Translations under genes and position numbers: made by a program
The notes under the pieces: model-generated
The model's input: only the letters and a program-made list of their open reading frames with translations
What the model was told of the DNA's origin: nothing
Database searches by the model: none
DNA from: Eledone cirrhosa
Taxonomy: Eukaryota
Reading direction: 5' to 3'
DNA length: 64,000 nt
Assembly (NCBI GenBank): GCA_964016885.1
Contig: OZ024741.1
Coordinates: forward strand, 49,290,001 to 49,354,000
Part shown: in pieces, positions 48,886-63,222 of the stretch
How the letters are laid out: every line of letters starts with the position of its first letter
How positions within the stretch are numbered: position 1 is the stretch's first letter

Positions 48886-50494
48886 TCATCACTAAAGATA
48901 CTACTATAAAGACTGGTTGCTGATTTCTTTCTTAATCAGGTTTGAGCTGATTGGGTTGATTAATAACAACATACCGCCACAGCACAGGAGTAGAAACAGT
49001 AGCATAATTTATTAACAATGGAATTTTGTAAACAAGACTGGTTATTAAACAGTATGTATGGTCCCGTAACTCCTGGGGAAGTCGTTGGGACCTCGTATTA
49101 ACAACCAGCGTTTCTAGAGCATTTTAAAAACCTGGTGGAACCTATCTCCTCTCCAGGTCTGAATACAGCAGATTTTTTCTAGAGAAGGTTAAAGAGTGTG
49201 AGAGAATGGAAGTGTGTATATGTGTGTGTGAGAGAGAGAGTATACCCCTGTACTAGACTGGTACTTTACATCGACCTTAAAGGGATGAAAGGCAAAGTGG
49301 GATTTGAACTCAGAGAGCAGAGAGTCTGAACGAATATTACAATGTATCCTATCCGACGTTCTAACAATTCAGCCAATTTGCCGCCTTTTCTGATGATAAT
49401 AGCAGCCATTTTACCTGAATGAACGAGGTTCAACAGTAGCGGTAGTAAATCGTTTAACTCGTCTTGTTAAATACTTTCAGATCATAAGCTTGAATGAAAA
49501 ATTCGACATTTCATTGATAGACATATTTTCGTAGCTAATTTGAAAAAAAAAAAGGGAACCACAATAAATAAATATTCTCCAATTCCATCGAATTAGTATA
49601 TTCTATCTGATTATCTAGTAATTGTTTTAGGGATATTATGGATATGCCATATTTCTGATGTGTGGTGACTAAAATAACAGCCATATCTTGCTTATGTTGT
49701 GCTGTGCTATCAAAAAAAAAAAAAGGAGAGATACATGTAATCCTAGAAAACTTTAGAATGGTGGGTTGCTAACCACTGGAATTCCTTTATCATAGGTTTG
49801 CTTGATCAGTGTATACCTGGACTAAGGAGCAGCAGAAGTAGCAGCAACAACAGCACCACCGTTATCACCTTCGCTACCACCACTACCGCAGCTGCCAACA
49901 ACAACAACAACAACAACAAACGGTAGACCCTCCTCAGTTCTAAAAGGGAAAGAAAGCAAGATATGTTTTATTTTTACAGTTTTGGTGTAAAAGGTGGTGG
50001 AAATAGGAGGGAAATGGCACATGAAAAAGAGAAAATTAAAAATAATTATTTTAAAAAGTCATCATATCTTAGATTTACTTAAGAAAGAGTTGATTGTTAT
50101 ATTTAACCTGTTAGAATGATATTAGCGGCTTCAATGAATTTAAGTGAAATGGATTTAACTTGGAATCGAAACCGAGTCTATGATTCGAGTGGTTGGGAGC
50201 TTAACTTTAATCTACAGTTGTCACTAACTTAAAAACAAAACAAGGAAAACATTTAGACATTTTCACCTAAGTTCAATAATGGTTTCTAATTTAGGCACAA
50301 AGCCAACAATCTTAAGGGAGGGGGAAAGTTGATTAAATCGATCTCAGTACGTCACTAATGCTTTATTTTATCGACCCCGACGAGATTTAAACTCAGTAAG
50401 TAAATGGACGTAACTATATACCGCAAAGCATGTTCTCCGACACTCTACGATACTGTCAATCAACCACACTAACCTAAATTTAATAATATTATAT

Positions 50495-50707
50495 GAATCA
50501 CACACTAAAGAAGTCTTATCGCTGCTACAGAGGCCTAGCTGGAGGCCCAACCTTCCGAGTTCCTTTTACAGGACTTAGAAAAACTGAAGGACCGCAGCAA
50601 TAGGTGTGTGAATCTGAGAGGGGAATATGTTGAATACAATCATAATTAACTGATCCTCCCGTATTTTCTGTTACCCAAAGCAAGGAACTTTTCAGCACCC
50701 CCTTGTA
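50495..50707 (+). pseudogene. Mariner transposase C-terminus and right TIR
   Basis: FLLQDLEKLKDRSNRCVNLRGEYVE resembles the mariner C-terminal motif; ends ggaacttttcagcacccccttg|ta. Confidence 0.75.
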
Positions 50708-51114
50708 TATATAAATATTTTCTCATAACCTCACCCGGCAACTGATTAATAGTAAACGAATACCTCAAACCCAATCCAACCATGACCCCCTCCCACAAAT
50801 ACAATTAATTACTCAGTCATCTTTTAAAACAAAAACCCAAAGCCCATCACAAACAAATCAACGACAAGGTACTTCATGTCTAATCAACAAAACCTGAAAC
50901 TCATAACCAAAAAATAAATCCAAATCAAATTTAAACATCTTATAGAAAGACGCACGCATGGTCCCATAACTCTTGGTGGAGTCATAGGGACGCCGTATTG
51001 ACGGCATTTCTAGGGCATTTTATAAACCTGGCGGAACTAATCTCCTCTCCAAGTCTGAATACAGCAGATTTTCCCCAGAGAAGAATAGAGCGAGTGAGAA
51101 AGAAATATAGAGGA

Positions 51115-51510
51115 AGAATCGACCTCAGTACTATACTGGTACTTTTTTTTATCAATCTTGAATGGATGAAAAGTGACGTTGACCTCGGCGGGATTTGAAC
51201 TGAGAGAGCAGAGAGCCAAAACGAATACCGCAAAACATTCTATCCGGCGTTCTAACTACTCTGTCAATTCGCCGCCCATACAGTAACATAATGGTTTCTT
51301 ATATAGGAACAAGGCCAGCAATTTTTGGGGAGGGAAAAGTCGATTAAATCGACCCCAGTGCGTAACTGGTACTTTATCTTATCGATCCCGTAAGAACGAA
51401 AGGCAAAGTTAACCTTGGCGAGATTTGAACTCAGATAATAAAGGGCCGTAACTCTATGCTGCAAAACATGGCGCCCGACCCTCCACTGATACTGCTAATC
51501 CACCGCCCTT
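51115..51510 (-). mobile_element. Two tandem family A SINEs
   Basis: Reverse complements of the family A consensus. Further minus copies at 14105-14230, 23040-23125, 33140-33238, 49245-49390 and 50275-50470. Confidence 0.8.
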
Positions 51511-52224
51511 CAGAAAGACAGTAACATAATATAAACCAACCCACTGTACTGGTACTAAGATGACAGCCTTCATCAGGCCTACGAACTACATTTAAAAAGA
51601 AAAGAACATTGCAATAAACTCTTCAAGAATAAGCACGAGTAGAAGTCAAATGTGAAAATTCACATGGCTATATAGGCGTTTAATAAGTAGCTTATGAATC
51701 CGAGGATTGTATCAACGTTGTTCATATTCAGAATATGTTCACAGAAGCAACAGAAAATATAATTACGTTATTTTGTATTACAAATTTTTGCTGAGTTTGC
51801 ACGAAGAGTATAGCCAATTAAATTAACAAAACTATATTACAGGAACATATTTTCTAAAAGGAATTAAAAGCGGTGCCAAGAATTCAGTCACTGAACAAAG
51901 AGCGATGGACTGAATTGTGTCATACATATATTTAGTTCGGCGTTCCTATGTTTCAGACATCTATACTGATAAAAAGAAAATTAATATGGATTTCTCACAT
52001 TTGTCATAAATTTGTAGGGGAACCAAACATGCCTTGAGGATACTAAACTCTGTAAAAAGTTTGGCCTGGCTCTTTAGTATTTCTGCTACTCCATAAGGTA
52101 CCTAATATGAAACATTAAAACTCAAATATTATTTTATTCAAAATATGTTTATCAAACAGGCTTTTAAAACTGCAGCAGTTTTTTTTTATCTACTTCTTAC
52201 CACGCGAGGAAGTTTAATATAGAT

Positions 52225-52416
52225 CAGACCTGTGAACTCTCCCCGTCCGACGGGGAGATCTCCCACCCACTTTGGGGTGAATGAAAGATGTCTTCTCTTG
52301 TAAAAATGGGTATAGCTTTCATTATGTAATCTTCCCATTTTGCCTCATTTCTCCCCACTGGGGGCACCTTTTTTCATGGTACTCCCTGTTTGGGTTTTTA
52401 GAGGTTGGCAGGTCTG
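52225..52416 (+). mobile_element. CAGACCTG-family MITE
   Basis: Colinear with 13253-13448. Confidence 0.8.
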
Positions 52417-53168
52417 AGAGACAATGTCCTTAGAGTATCGCGTAAGATAGGATCGCATTCAGAGCTGTTTAGAGGAATGGATTTAAAAGTTAAAGTTAAC
52501 ACCTTCGAATAGCAATTTTATTATTGATGTTATTTGAAATTTATGACGAATAAATTAAATCTTCTTTCATAAAAATAAGGATTCGAACTACTCCTAGTCA
52601 TCTGAGAGATTTAGTCCCAGCATAGGTAAATTTTCGTTATCTTTATCAGATAAAGTGGCATTCATTAACAGTGCCGGATTTACCATTGGCTTAGGTGTGC
52701 CTAAGCACAGGGCCCCGTTGTCCAGGGAAGCCCACCTTCCTGATGACTGCCTCCTTCAGGGCCCAAGTAACTTAACTAGAAAAAGGTCTCATTTGTCATA
52801 AATCCAGCACTGTTCATTAGTGTTTCTCATTATAACGAAGCACTTCATAAAACATTTACCACTAATGAGAATACAAATTCGTACAATACACAAACTTACA
52901 CATACATGTATACATATATACACACACGACACAAACGCATGCATACGTTTTGGTGTACAAGCGAGAGAAAAGGTACTCAATGCACATAGCAGAGTTAATC
53001 AAAATCATTCCTTCGATGTATATATATATATATAGTAGAACAATGAAATTAAACAAAAAACGGTTAATTCATAGTATATATATATATATATATATATATC
53101 ACACGCACATATATTACACACACTCACATATAATATATAATATATATAAATATATATGTATGTGTGTG

Positions 53169-53216
<48 letters not shown>

Positions 53217-53219
<3 letters not shown>

Positions 53220-54092
53220 AACATAAATTATCGAGATTCGCATTTCGGCCCACGAAATAACGAAAAACAACCTCCGAGATGTGCGGCGAGTGTTCAATGA
53301 TTCAGATGAACCAGAGCTATAACAAACGTTAAAGGCCAAACACACTGAGACGATGGTTAAACAATCATTCGCATAGCCCCCCAAAAAACGATCAAGTAAT
53401 TCGGGTATTGAAAATTTACCTGGACCCCTGGAAGGTTGGTAAAATCCAGTATATGGGTTTCTGCGGCTCCTAAATCAAGTACCGTCCGCTTACATAAATA
53501 ATGTCAGGCTTCTGGTAAGATGATTGAACAAGGAAGCCACTTTCTCAACAGGTTTTAGTTCAATGTTAATACAAGGACTGACTATTGCTGACCCCACATG
53601 GGGATCGGCAAGGGAGGCAACCCCTATATCAGGCGAATGAATTCAGTTGTGTATATTTTTGCAAGAATGCAAAAACATCACAAATCGAATAGAGTTCTCA
53701 ACAGAAGGGTTAAAATTAACATAAGCTATTCATCAGTCAATAGAATCAACTAAAAAATCAAGAAAATTAACTGGTCAATAGCTAGAGTCTGGAGAATAAT
53801 ACAAACATAAATTATCGAGATTCGCATTTCGGCCCACGAAATAACGAAAAACAACCTCCGAGATGTGCGGCAAGTGCTAAATGATTCAGATGAACCAGAG
53901 CTATAACAAACGTTAAAGGCCAATCACACTGAGACGATGGTTAAACAATCATTCGCATAGCCAAAAATAACGATCAAGTAATTCGGGTATTGAAAATTTA
54001 CCCGGACCCCTGGAAGGTTGGTAAAATCCAGTATATGGGTTTCTGCGGCTCCTAAATCAAGTACCGTCCGCTTACATAAATAATGTCAGGCT
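53217..54092. mobile_element. 1.5-unit tandem repeat with a 584-bp period, bounded by (TA)n
   Basis: acaaacataaattatcgagattcgcatttcggccc begins at 53217 and again at 53801; the second copy stops at 54092. Confidence 0.8.
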
Positions 54093-54250
54093 TATATATA
54101 CATATAAAAGAGTATAATATATACTCCAATATTATAATATTATACTGGAGTATAATATATACTCCAGTTCTACCAATTGTTGAGTGCTACTTATCTGATA
54201 TATGCATAGTTTTATTGTTCTACAATATTACTCACCTTCTACATATATAT

Positions 54251-54387
<137 letters not shown>

Positions 54388-55290
54388 TGTGTGTGTACTA
54401 CTGTTATATTTCGTGTCCAGTTAACTAACTTCCACAGACACACGCATACAGATTATTTTTAATTTGTTTTATTTTATTTTTTCAACATTGTGTGAACTAA
54501 ATAGAGAGGAATTTCATGTTGAAAGTGGCACTAGTTATCAGTTTTGACGAGATGAACCCAGTCAAAATGAGATGGCTCCAAAACAGTGACAGCAGCCGAC
54601 ACACGTGAAAAGAATTGGCAAGAGAGGGGGGAGAGAGAGAAAGTGAGAGAGAAAGAGAGAGAGAGGAAGTGGCATTAGGAAATTAAAGAGAAAATATATG
54701 AAAACAAAGCAAAACTTGAGGAAAGTAACCCCAAAAAATAAAGGAAAGGGAGAATTGGGTGAGTTGGGGGTAGAAAACAAGAGATAGTTTGCATTTTTTC
54801 CCTCTCATCTGCTTTATTGCTTACTAATTCTGCCATCTTTGTGTCGTCAGCGGGGATAGTACACAGCAGCTGCCATACGTACGAACGCTACTGTAGATTT
54901 TGCACTAGATGCCCCCCAGGCTAGCCATTTTTCCATTTCCCGACCCACGAAGCAAACACTCTGTACTGACAATTTATTATGGTTTTTAATTATTATTATT
55001 TACAATGATCATGGATATGTATTCATGCATTTATAATGTACGTACATACATATATACATATATACATACACACATATACATACATATACTACATACACAA
55101 AATAGTATGTATCAACAGATCGTTACACACACGCATACATACTCTCTCTCTCTACACACACACGCACACATACACGCACACATACACGCACACACACACA
55201 CGCACACATACACAGACATATATATATATATATATATATATATAAGTAAGGATCTTTTCAGTTTGACTCACATAGACCGATTTTATTGCA

Positions 55291-55663
55291 CGAGGCTCGG
55301 CTGAAAATTTCATAGGCTGACCAAGATACTCTCATGGAATGACCAAATGAGGTTTATTTTTCAACATAGTCCCTGAAAAGATACAATGCAGTTATTAATA
55401 AGAACAGTTGAAATTAATTGTTTCTACTTTTGGCACAAAGCCAGCAATTACCCAGTACATTACTGGTACTTTATTTTATCGACCCCGTAAGGATAAAAGG
55501 CAAAGTTAACCTCGGCGAGATTTGAACTCAGACCATAAAGCGCCGTAACTCTTTGCTGCAAAGCATGGCGTCCGACCCTCTATTGATACTGCCAATCCAC
55601 CGCCTTCAGTTGAAATTAATGCATGCAAGATATCACAGCTCCCACATTAGCAGCCTACCCTCG
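55291..55663. mobile_element. Mariner-type MITE interrupted by a family A SINE (about 55415-55605)
   Basis: cgaggctcggctgaaaatttcataggctgacc ... cagcctaccctcg; cagttgaaattaat is duplicated around the SINE. Confidence 0.75.
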
Positions 55664-55699
55664 TTCACTTTTAAACAAATTTTCCATGCCGTGTAATAA

Positions 55700-56120
55700 T
55701 GATTTCTATTATAGGCACAATGACAGCAATTTTGGGGGAGGGGTAAGTCGATTAAATCAACCCCAGTATATGACTGGTACTTTATTTTAAATACCCCTTA
55801 AGGATGAAAGGCAAAGATAACCTCGGCGGTTATTAACTCAGAACGTAAATAGCTGTAACTCGAAGCAGGGTGTCCGGCACTCTATCGATACTGCCAATCC
55901 ACCTGTTTTCTGATTTAGGTACAAGGCCAACAATTTTAGGGAAAGGGAAAGTCGATTGAATCGATCCCAGTGTATGACTAGTACTTTATTTTATTGACCC
56001 GTAAGGATGAAAGGCAAAGCTAACCTCGGCGGGATTTGAACTCAGAACTCAAAGGGCTGTAAATCTAAGCTGAGAAGCACATTGTCCAACGCTCTACCAA
56101 TAGTGCCAATCCGCCCCTCG
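55700..56120 (-). mobile_element. Two tandem family A SINEs
   Basis: Reverse complement copies; tgccgtgtaataat is repeated at both ends. Confidence 0.8.
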
Positions 56121-57212
56121 TGCCGTGTAATAATATATAGTTACAACCCTTTAAAGATTGATTTTAAAAATTAATTTTATCAAATTAGATTTATTCCTTG
56201 TCAAGAGCTCACCAAATAATTATCAATACTAGCTATTGGTATGGTAAGGTTCTGTAACTCCAGAGAGAGTCGTAGGGTCGGACCAAAATATATGATCAAA
56301 GCGAGAGAAAGAAGAAAAAAGAGAGAAACAAAAACAAAAGCGACCATCAATTCACCACCAAGTGCGAAAATCGGTTACACATCACAAAGGATCAACAGAA
56401 AAAATGTTGAGGTAAGCCAACACACTCGCAGCATTACCGTGGGTGATGGCGAGGCTAAGGCGCTGAAACAGCCAAGTACTCTCACGGGCACCACCAGGCA
56501 GGTCTTCTCATAGCAACTCCTAAAGTACCTCACCATCGCCGACTACTTCATTTACAACAGTTTCTATATCAACTCATTCTAAATTGTCGATTATCCACCA
56601 TTTCTACATTATTCTACTCGATACATTTCTGAAATCTCCATCTTCAAACCATTTCCTGATTATTCTTCAAGAATTCAAAAGACTATCAATTCTAGCTACA
56701 AATCATTAACTGTCAATCTCGTAGAAGCGATTGATAAAGCAAATGACATCTTTCTTCTTCTTCTTCTTCTTCTTCTTTAGCACCACCGCCACCACCACCA
56801 CACGCTTACTCGTTCTTCCTCTCACACAGAAGCACGCACTCACACACACAGATCCACACACGTACGCACACACACACAGATCCACACACGTACGCACACA
56901 CACACGCACCCCCTACACGCAGACACACATAGACACATACACACACATAAATACACACACACATCAACACACGCACACATACGCACACACACACACAAAC
57001 ACACACATACACATAGACGCACACATACGCATAAACGATCACACACATATATGTCACTACGTGTGACCATGATGGCTCGCTCACCTTGACACAAACATCT
57101 TTTTTCTTCAAAATCCTCTTCACACTGTAAGAGATGTTGTACATTCAATACTCGCCAACTATGGTCGCCATTGTCGCTTATATAATAATTGAAAGGTTAG
57201 CAACGTCCTTAA

Positions 57213-57613
57213 CCCTTTAGCATTTAAACCGGCCATATCCGGCCAGAATTCTCTCACCTCTTTCTGTTCAAACCAGCTGTAACTAGCCACTCATACTTAT
57301 GTTAAGGTAGTGTTCTCAAAATAAATAATATAAAAATCCCATAGATTCGATGTTATGTGAGATAATTATGTAAGATAAAGTGTTTACCTCGAAAATACAA
57401 TGGTATATATAGAATAATAATTTCTACTTTTGGCACAAGGTCAGTAATTATCCCAGTGCGTAACTGGTACTTTATTTTATCGACCCCGTAAGGATGAAAG
57501 GCAAAGTTAACCTTGGCGGGATTTGAACTCAGAACGTAAAGGGACGTAACTATGCTGTAAGCATGGCGTCCGATCCTCTACTGATACTGCCAAATAATGT
57601 AAATGCTAAAGGG
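57213..57613. mobile_element. piggyBac-like MITE with a nested family A SINE
   Basis: TTAA|ccctttagcattta ... taaatgctaaaggg|TTAA; SINE at about 57415-57592 (-). Confidence 0.85.
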
Positions 57614-59899
57614 TTAAATCTATTATTACACCCGGCTAGATCAGAGCTTTCCCGAACGTATTTGGAATACCGTGGTTAAGGTGTTGGATTCATGATCATA
57701 AGGTTGTGGGTTCAATCCCAGGACCAAATGGCTGGTTGTGTTCTTGAGCAAAATATTTAACTTCATGTTGCATGGCTGAGTAGTTAGAAAATTGGAATCG
57801 TGAGATTGTGAGTTCGATTCCTGGACTGGGCGATGCGTTATGTCCTTGAGCAAGACACTTTATTTCACGTTGCTCTTTATATCTGAGTTGCGACCGATAT
57901 ATAGTATTAGCAATTCGAAAGACCAATGGAAACATTGTTTCCTCGGTCCGATTTGACGAAAGTCGATCGACTATATATATATCTTCAGTATATTTGTTAA
58001 TTACTCCCTTACGGTCGAGTAAAGAATTTGGCGAATCGGACTGCTATATCTAGCAGTCCTTTCACTTGTAGCGGAGAACTCAGTTGAATTCTCTCTTGTT
58101 TGAAAATATTTTCTGATGATTTGAGATTTTTACAGTTCAAAATGGTGTAAGGACGCTCTACGTAAATAGGTAAATATTTCTTTATCTTATTTGTAACCGT
58201 ATAAGAAGACGAAATACTTGTATTTCAGGATCTTTATCAATCTTCAGTGGCGTTTACTCACTCGGTAATGAGACAGAGAAGCTGATAACTTATATATATG
58301 TATAGATTTTGTAATATAAAAATATTGATTTTCCTTGATTGAGACCAATCTTTGTAAAGGAAGGATGTAGTCGATTGTTTCGACTTCACACATCTCTGGT
58401 CCACATTTTAGCCTCAAAATTGTTTTTATATTACTATACATTACTTTTCTAAATTAACACAGCAGTAATATATTCTTTTCTTTTCCTTTGGCTCTTGATT
58501 TTTTTCTTATTTTTATTTTTTCCTTTAGCTCTTGAATTTTTTCTTATTTTTATTTTATTTTCTTATTTTTTTTGTATTAATAATTACCATTTTTGTGAAG
58601 TCCTCGCACCAAGTACAGAAAATATCTGGCGATTAGATTCATAGGATAAAAATAGAAATAAAAAGAAAAAGGAAAAGAAAAAGAATATCAGGTGTTTTGT
58701 ATTTTTATATTTGTTTATGTCTTTTAATGTTCAAATTCAATATATTCGAAAACAAAGGAAACAAGCCAATCGTCAGATTGGACCAAGGACATAATATTTC
58801 AATTGATTTTTCTATTGATGATACTATCCGCCAGACACAAGTGCTGGTCGCAGGAGTAGCACGATGAGTAGCTTACGACCCGGTCTAGGGACCAAACGTG
58901 CGACCTGACAACTAGGCCAGACACCTTCAATAAAAAGAAGCCAGATGTACTAATAATATATATTGGCTCTTTTTTTAAACATATATATACAATCCTCTTC
59001 AAGCCCTCTTCGGGTGTTGGTATTCAGAATTATTATTACTATATATATATTGTTTTATAACGTATGGGATTTCTTGTAATGTAATTTTTTTTACATATAT
59101 AAGGTTTTTTAATGTCCAAAGAAAATTAATTGTCGCAGGAATGCTACCACTTAAAATAAAATTTTAGGAACCCTTTCAGGAATGAGAGGAGAAGAAGAAG
59201 AAGAAGAAGACTGTCAATTGGAAGAAAAGAATTTTGCAATGCATTAGAATGCGAAACCACAAACCAGGAAGCAGTTGTATCTAAATCATACATACAACTA
59301 AAGCTGACAAACCGACTTAACTACTGAAATGTAGCTGCCAAAACCCTGATTAGTATTCATGAAAAAAGAAATTGCAGTCTTAGAAAATGCAAATGATTTT
59401 AATGAAATCATGATGTCATAATCACTATTCTCAAATTTATTTTAAGTAAACATCTTTTATGCATATATTATGGAACCATATCCTTCCTGTCTGTTTGTTA
59501 TTTCCTCTTTAATGAGAATATATTTTTAATAGTTCCACACTCCTTTGACTCTCGAAGATTCTGTATGGGTTAAATTATCATCCCAATAGATATTCAATTT
59601 CAATACAGACGGAGCAACATAAGGCAGCAATGTAACTTTATTTTAAACGCAATATCACGATTTCCGGCCGAGGACAATTGTCCTTCCCAGAGTTTCTTGT
59701 TTTCTTAGTATTAAATGAAGGTTTATAATCTACTGGCTTTAAGAATATATATAAAAGTAATCTTATATCAAGTGTTTCATAAATTTAAATAGTACTCAAG
59801 TAAATTAGATGCTGACGCAAATGATTTAATTGTTATTTTCTATGGAAGTATTAGTGTATCAAAACAGCAATGTAAATTAATACTAGGGCAATGACATTT

Positions 59900-61700
59900 T
59901 ATTTGGCTCCTGCTAAGTTTTGATGATTTTTCCCTTTATAATATCTTTTATTCTCATTCTACATTTGTGGTGGAAAACGCAAAATCGTTTACCTTGCTGG
60001 TCCCCTAGGAGCACCTTTCTTATATAATTTCGTAACTCAAGAACCATACTCACCCAAAATTCTGATAAGTAATTAGGGTTTCGCCACAAGACTTCAGACA
60101 TGCAATCTGTCGCATCAAAAGACCCAGGAAAAAAGCCCTCTCTTCCAACATTGGGATGTCACTGCGCTTATCGCTTCCAGTGCATGACTCAATCTCACAA
60201 CCCCCCCCCCCCCACACACACACACACCACATTCTAAAAATCACTTTACACGCCCTCAGTCCGTGTCGAAGTTAGTTATCCACCTATAAAGATGTCGCTT
60301 TCTCTGAGACCTTCCCAGGGCTGGTGTGCTATTCGTATTCTCTTCTCTTTCGTTATCATCCGACGAGCTGAAAACCCTGCAGACGTCCAGCTTACTGAAA
60401 AGGTCTGTTTTGCTATAGGGAGACAATATTTAAGTTCTTGATCCTCATAGAGCAAAGTATCTGCATTCACAAGATGCCTTAGTATTCCATAAACACAGAG
60501 GAGTTTCACCATCTTATTTTGGGGAAATCAACAACGAGTAATATTACTTTTTGATTGTTTCTTTTAACACTTATAATCCTCCCGAAAGAAAGTATACGAA
60601 ATATAGTCGACATGTTGGATCTGAAGCCATTTTGATTCAATATTAGGTGGAGATCAAGGTGTGACAGAATTTTATTTAATATCATTTTGTCTATGATTTA
60701 TCCCTCAGTAGTTTACTGTCACCAGACTTAGGCAAGAGTATTATACCAATTTGTGACCATTGTTGTAGTTTGTCACCCTCTATCAAAACTTTCATCGATA
60801 CTACGAAGCTTGACAACGTCGAGTGGTACGCCATTAGGTTCTCCAACTAATATGTTCTTGACTGCCTGACACACATCAATTGTAAAATATTCTGTGCTTG
60901 TTCCAGTCTCTGGTAAAACAGGGATAACTTTTTCCTCTTAATTACCTGTGATGGTCGGTTCTTTTCTAAGTAGCTCAAAAACAGGTAGATGGTGGGGATG
61001 GGGGGTGGAGGCGATGGCAATGGGAATTCGGCTCTTCCGTGTTCGGACACATTGCACCTGTCATGTGGATCATGTGATATTTTACCAATAAGCTACACAC
61101 TCACCAACTACACATTTTATCACTGTGATGGTCAGTTCCTTTCTAACAGCTACTTCTTTAATCTATCTTCCACGTTGCTCCTTTTTAGCACATCTTTCTT
61201 AGCCAAATTTCTGCCACTAATTTCATTAACGAACTTCCATCACTCTGCGTGTTTGTGTCTGAACTGTGCAGCCTCGATTATTTGAACCCCGCTGTTGAGT
61301 TCTGCAATTGTGTTGCAAACGGTTTCCAGATTTTCTACTTCTTGTTTCAATGTACATTTTTATCATTTGGATGTTTCTAGTATTCAGTGAAGGCATCTTG
61401 TATTTCCATCTAGAAAGTTCTAATCATGCATCATTGGACTATTGCTTCGTATTTCTCTCCTTTTTTGGTGTTGGGGTATGAGCTTTTTGCCAATCTCATC
61501 GTTTGCCTGTATCATGTTGGTCTGATAATTCTTCGTTGCTGTATCTAAGCTCGTAAAACCTGTTGTTAATAGATAGGATATTGTCCCTGTAGGTTAGGAT
61601 TCCTTAGGGCTTTCCAGTTGTATGTAGTTCTTTTTAGCAGTGTTTTGTTTCTTCTTTTAGTTCAACAAGGGCTGATATAAGACGGTGATTTAAACCATGG
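59900..61700 (-). pseudogene. Highly decayed RTE-like LINE
   Basis: MVKLLCVYGI.RHLVNA..LLYE and EYFTIDVCQAVKNI.VGEPNGVPLDV resemble RTE RT segments; boundaries uncertain. Confidence 0.5.
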
Positions 61701-61799
61701 CTAGTATAGACGGTGTAGGCTTCAACATTTTAAATAAAGTTTATCCACGTTTTGTTAACAAAAATAGTCAATCTGATGTTATGCCAGACGTGTCTGACA

Positions 61800-63150
61800 T
61801 AAATATCCCCAGTTTCATATTAAGAAAAAATAAAATAAAATAAAAAATAAAATAAAAGAAAAAATAATGGCGGCACGGGACGGCAAAATGTAGTTTTTTG
61901 TGTAAAAAATGTTTAACAAAAACAACAAGCCTAAAAATTTGAAACAAAAGAAAATTCTCCAATAGAAGAGGGAGGACTTCCGAGGGTCACTCATGGAGAA
62001 AGCCTACAAAAAGCCACGGTCACCCTGGCCGCTAGAACAAGTCCCCTGTCCCGGTTGTCTTCCTCCAGTATACAGGCGCACACACAGAGCAGGCCCCTTC
62101 ACTCGGGCCATACTGACCACTCTCACCTACCTGTCAACAAACTTGTTGGAAGGTAACACTTCCCTCCCCATCCCGATATTGTTCTTCAAGTGAAAACTAA
62201 AAAAGTTAATCAGGGTTTCGCTGAAGAGGAAAGTACTTGTCTTCAATCCTTTCAAACGTGTCCACCACACCACTTCTTTCGCCGTGACCACCACACATAT
62301 AAAAATTGCTTGCTCTTTTCGGCTAAAGGAAGGTGGCGAGGTAGTCTTCACAATGGACTCAGCTGATAGTCGGATCCGTCCTACATGTGACAGCAGGAGT
62401 TCGACATAAACCCACAAGCCAGCAATGATGTTGAACGGTTCCGAGAAGTAGCCGTTCATTCTAATCACAGAGTAGATGTCGGTGTGAACTGCAGAGATCC
62501 ATCCACTGAAAATGGAGTCGAAGCCGGCTGCCTTCAGGTCTGCCGCCAGGTACCGATGGTCGACCCTACCGAAAGCCTTTGTTTCATCTCAGTTCATCAA
62601 GTCCCTACCCATGCCAGGTTCCTAAGCCACCCTCTCTATAATGTATCGCATAAGGTGGAGGTTGTCGTGGATGGATCTGTCCAGAATGGCGCATGCCTCC
62701 CCCATCACCAGACAACAGACAACAAGCGCCAGCCTCGTTGCTAACACCTTGACCAAAACTTTAAACTCTGCGTGTAGCAGAGTTATGGGCCTGAAATTAT
62801 CTATATGGTCCCTTTCGTTCGAGTCCTTTCTCAGTAGCAACACCGCCACTCAGCTAATAGAACTGGGAATTTTCCCGTTCTACTGCCAATTGGTGCAGAC
62901 GTCCGCTATGATGTCGCCGAACAAGACTGGCATGTTTGCGTAAAGATCGGAGGGGAGACCATCTAAATCAGACGATTTTCTCCTCATGGAGCTAGCCTTC
63001 GCGTCCATATTTCATCGGCTGTTATCGGCTTTTCGCAACACTCGGCCTCCCTTGCCAAGAGTTACGACGGGCTGTCGAGGTAGGCGCTGAAATCCATCAT
63101 TCGATGTGGCCCGCCACTTCTCACGAACATTTGAGGTAAGTATCACTGAA
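61800..63150 (-). pseudogene. Tx1/L1-clade LINE fragment with an internal deletion
   Basis: NFRPITLL.AEFK, SIHDNLHLMRYI, then EPFNII joined directly to AGLWVYVE..AKEVVWWTRLKGL; homologous to 28722-30656. Confidence 0.85.
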
Positions 63151-63222
63151 AAACTGCACACATCTGATTGGGATCGAGTACCATGCACCGCACCATCGTG
63201 GTCCACCAGAGAATGGATTGTA

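Noticed and set aside
52670-52770. hAT-like left end cagtgccggattt..gggcccc
   Set aside because: No matching right TIR or TSD was found.
58855-58935. acgatgag...ccaaacgtgcgac...aataaa resembling a decayed hammerhead
   Set aside because: Too many core mismatches and no convincing stems.
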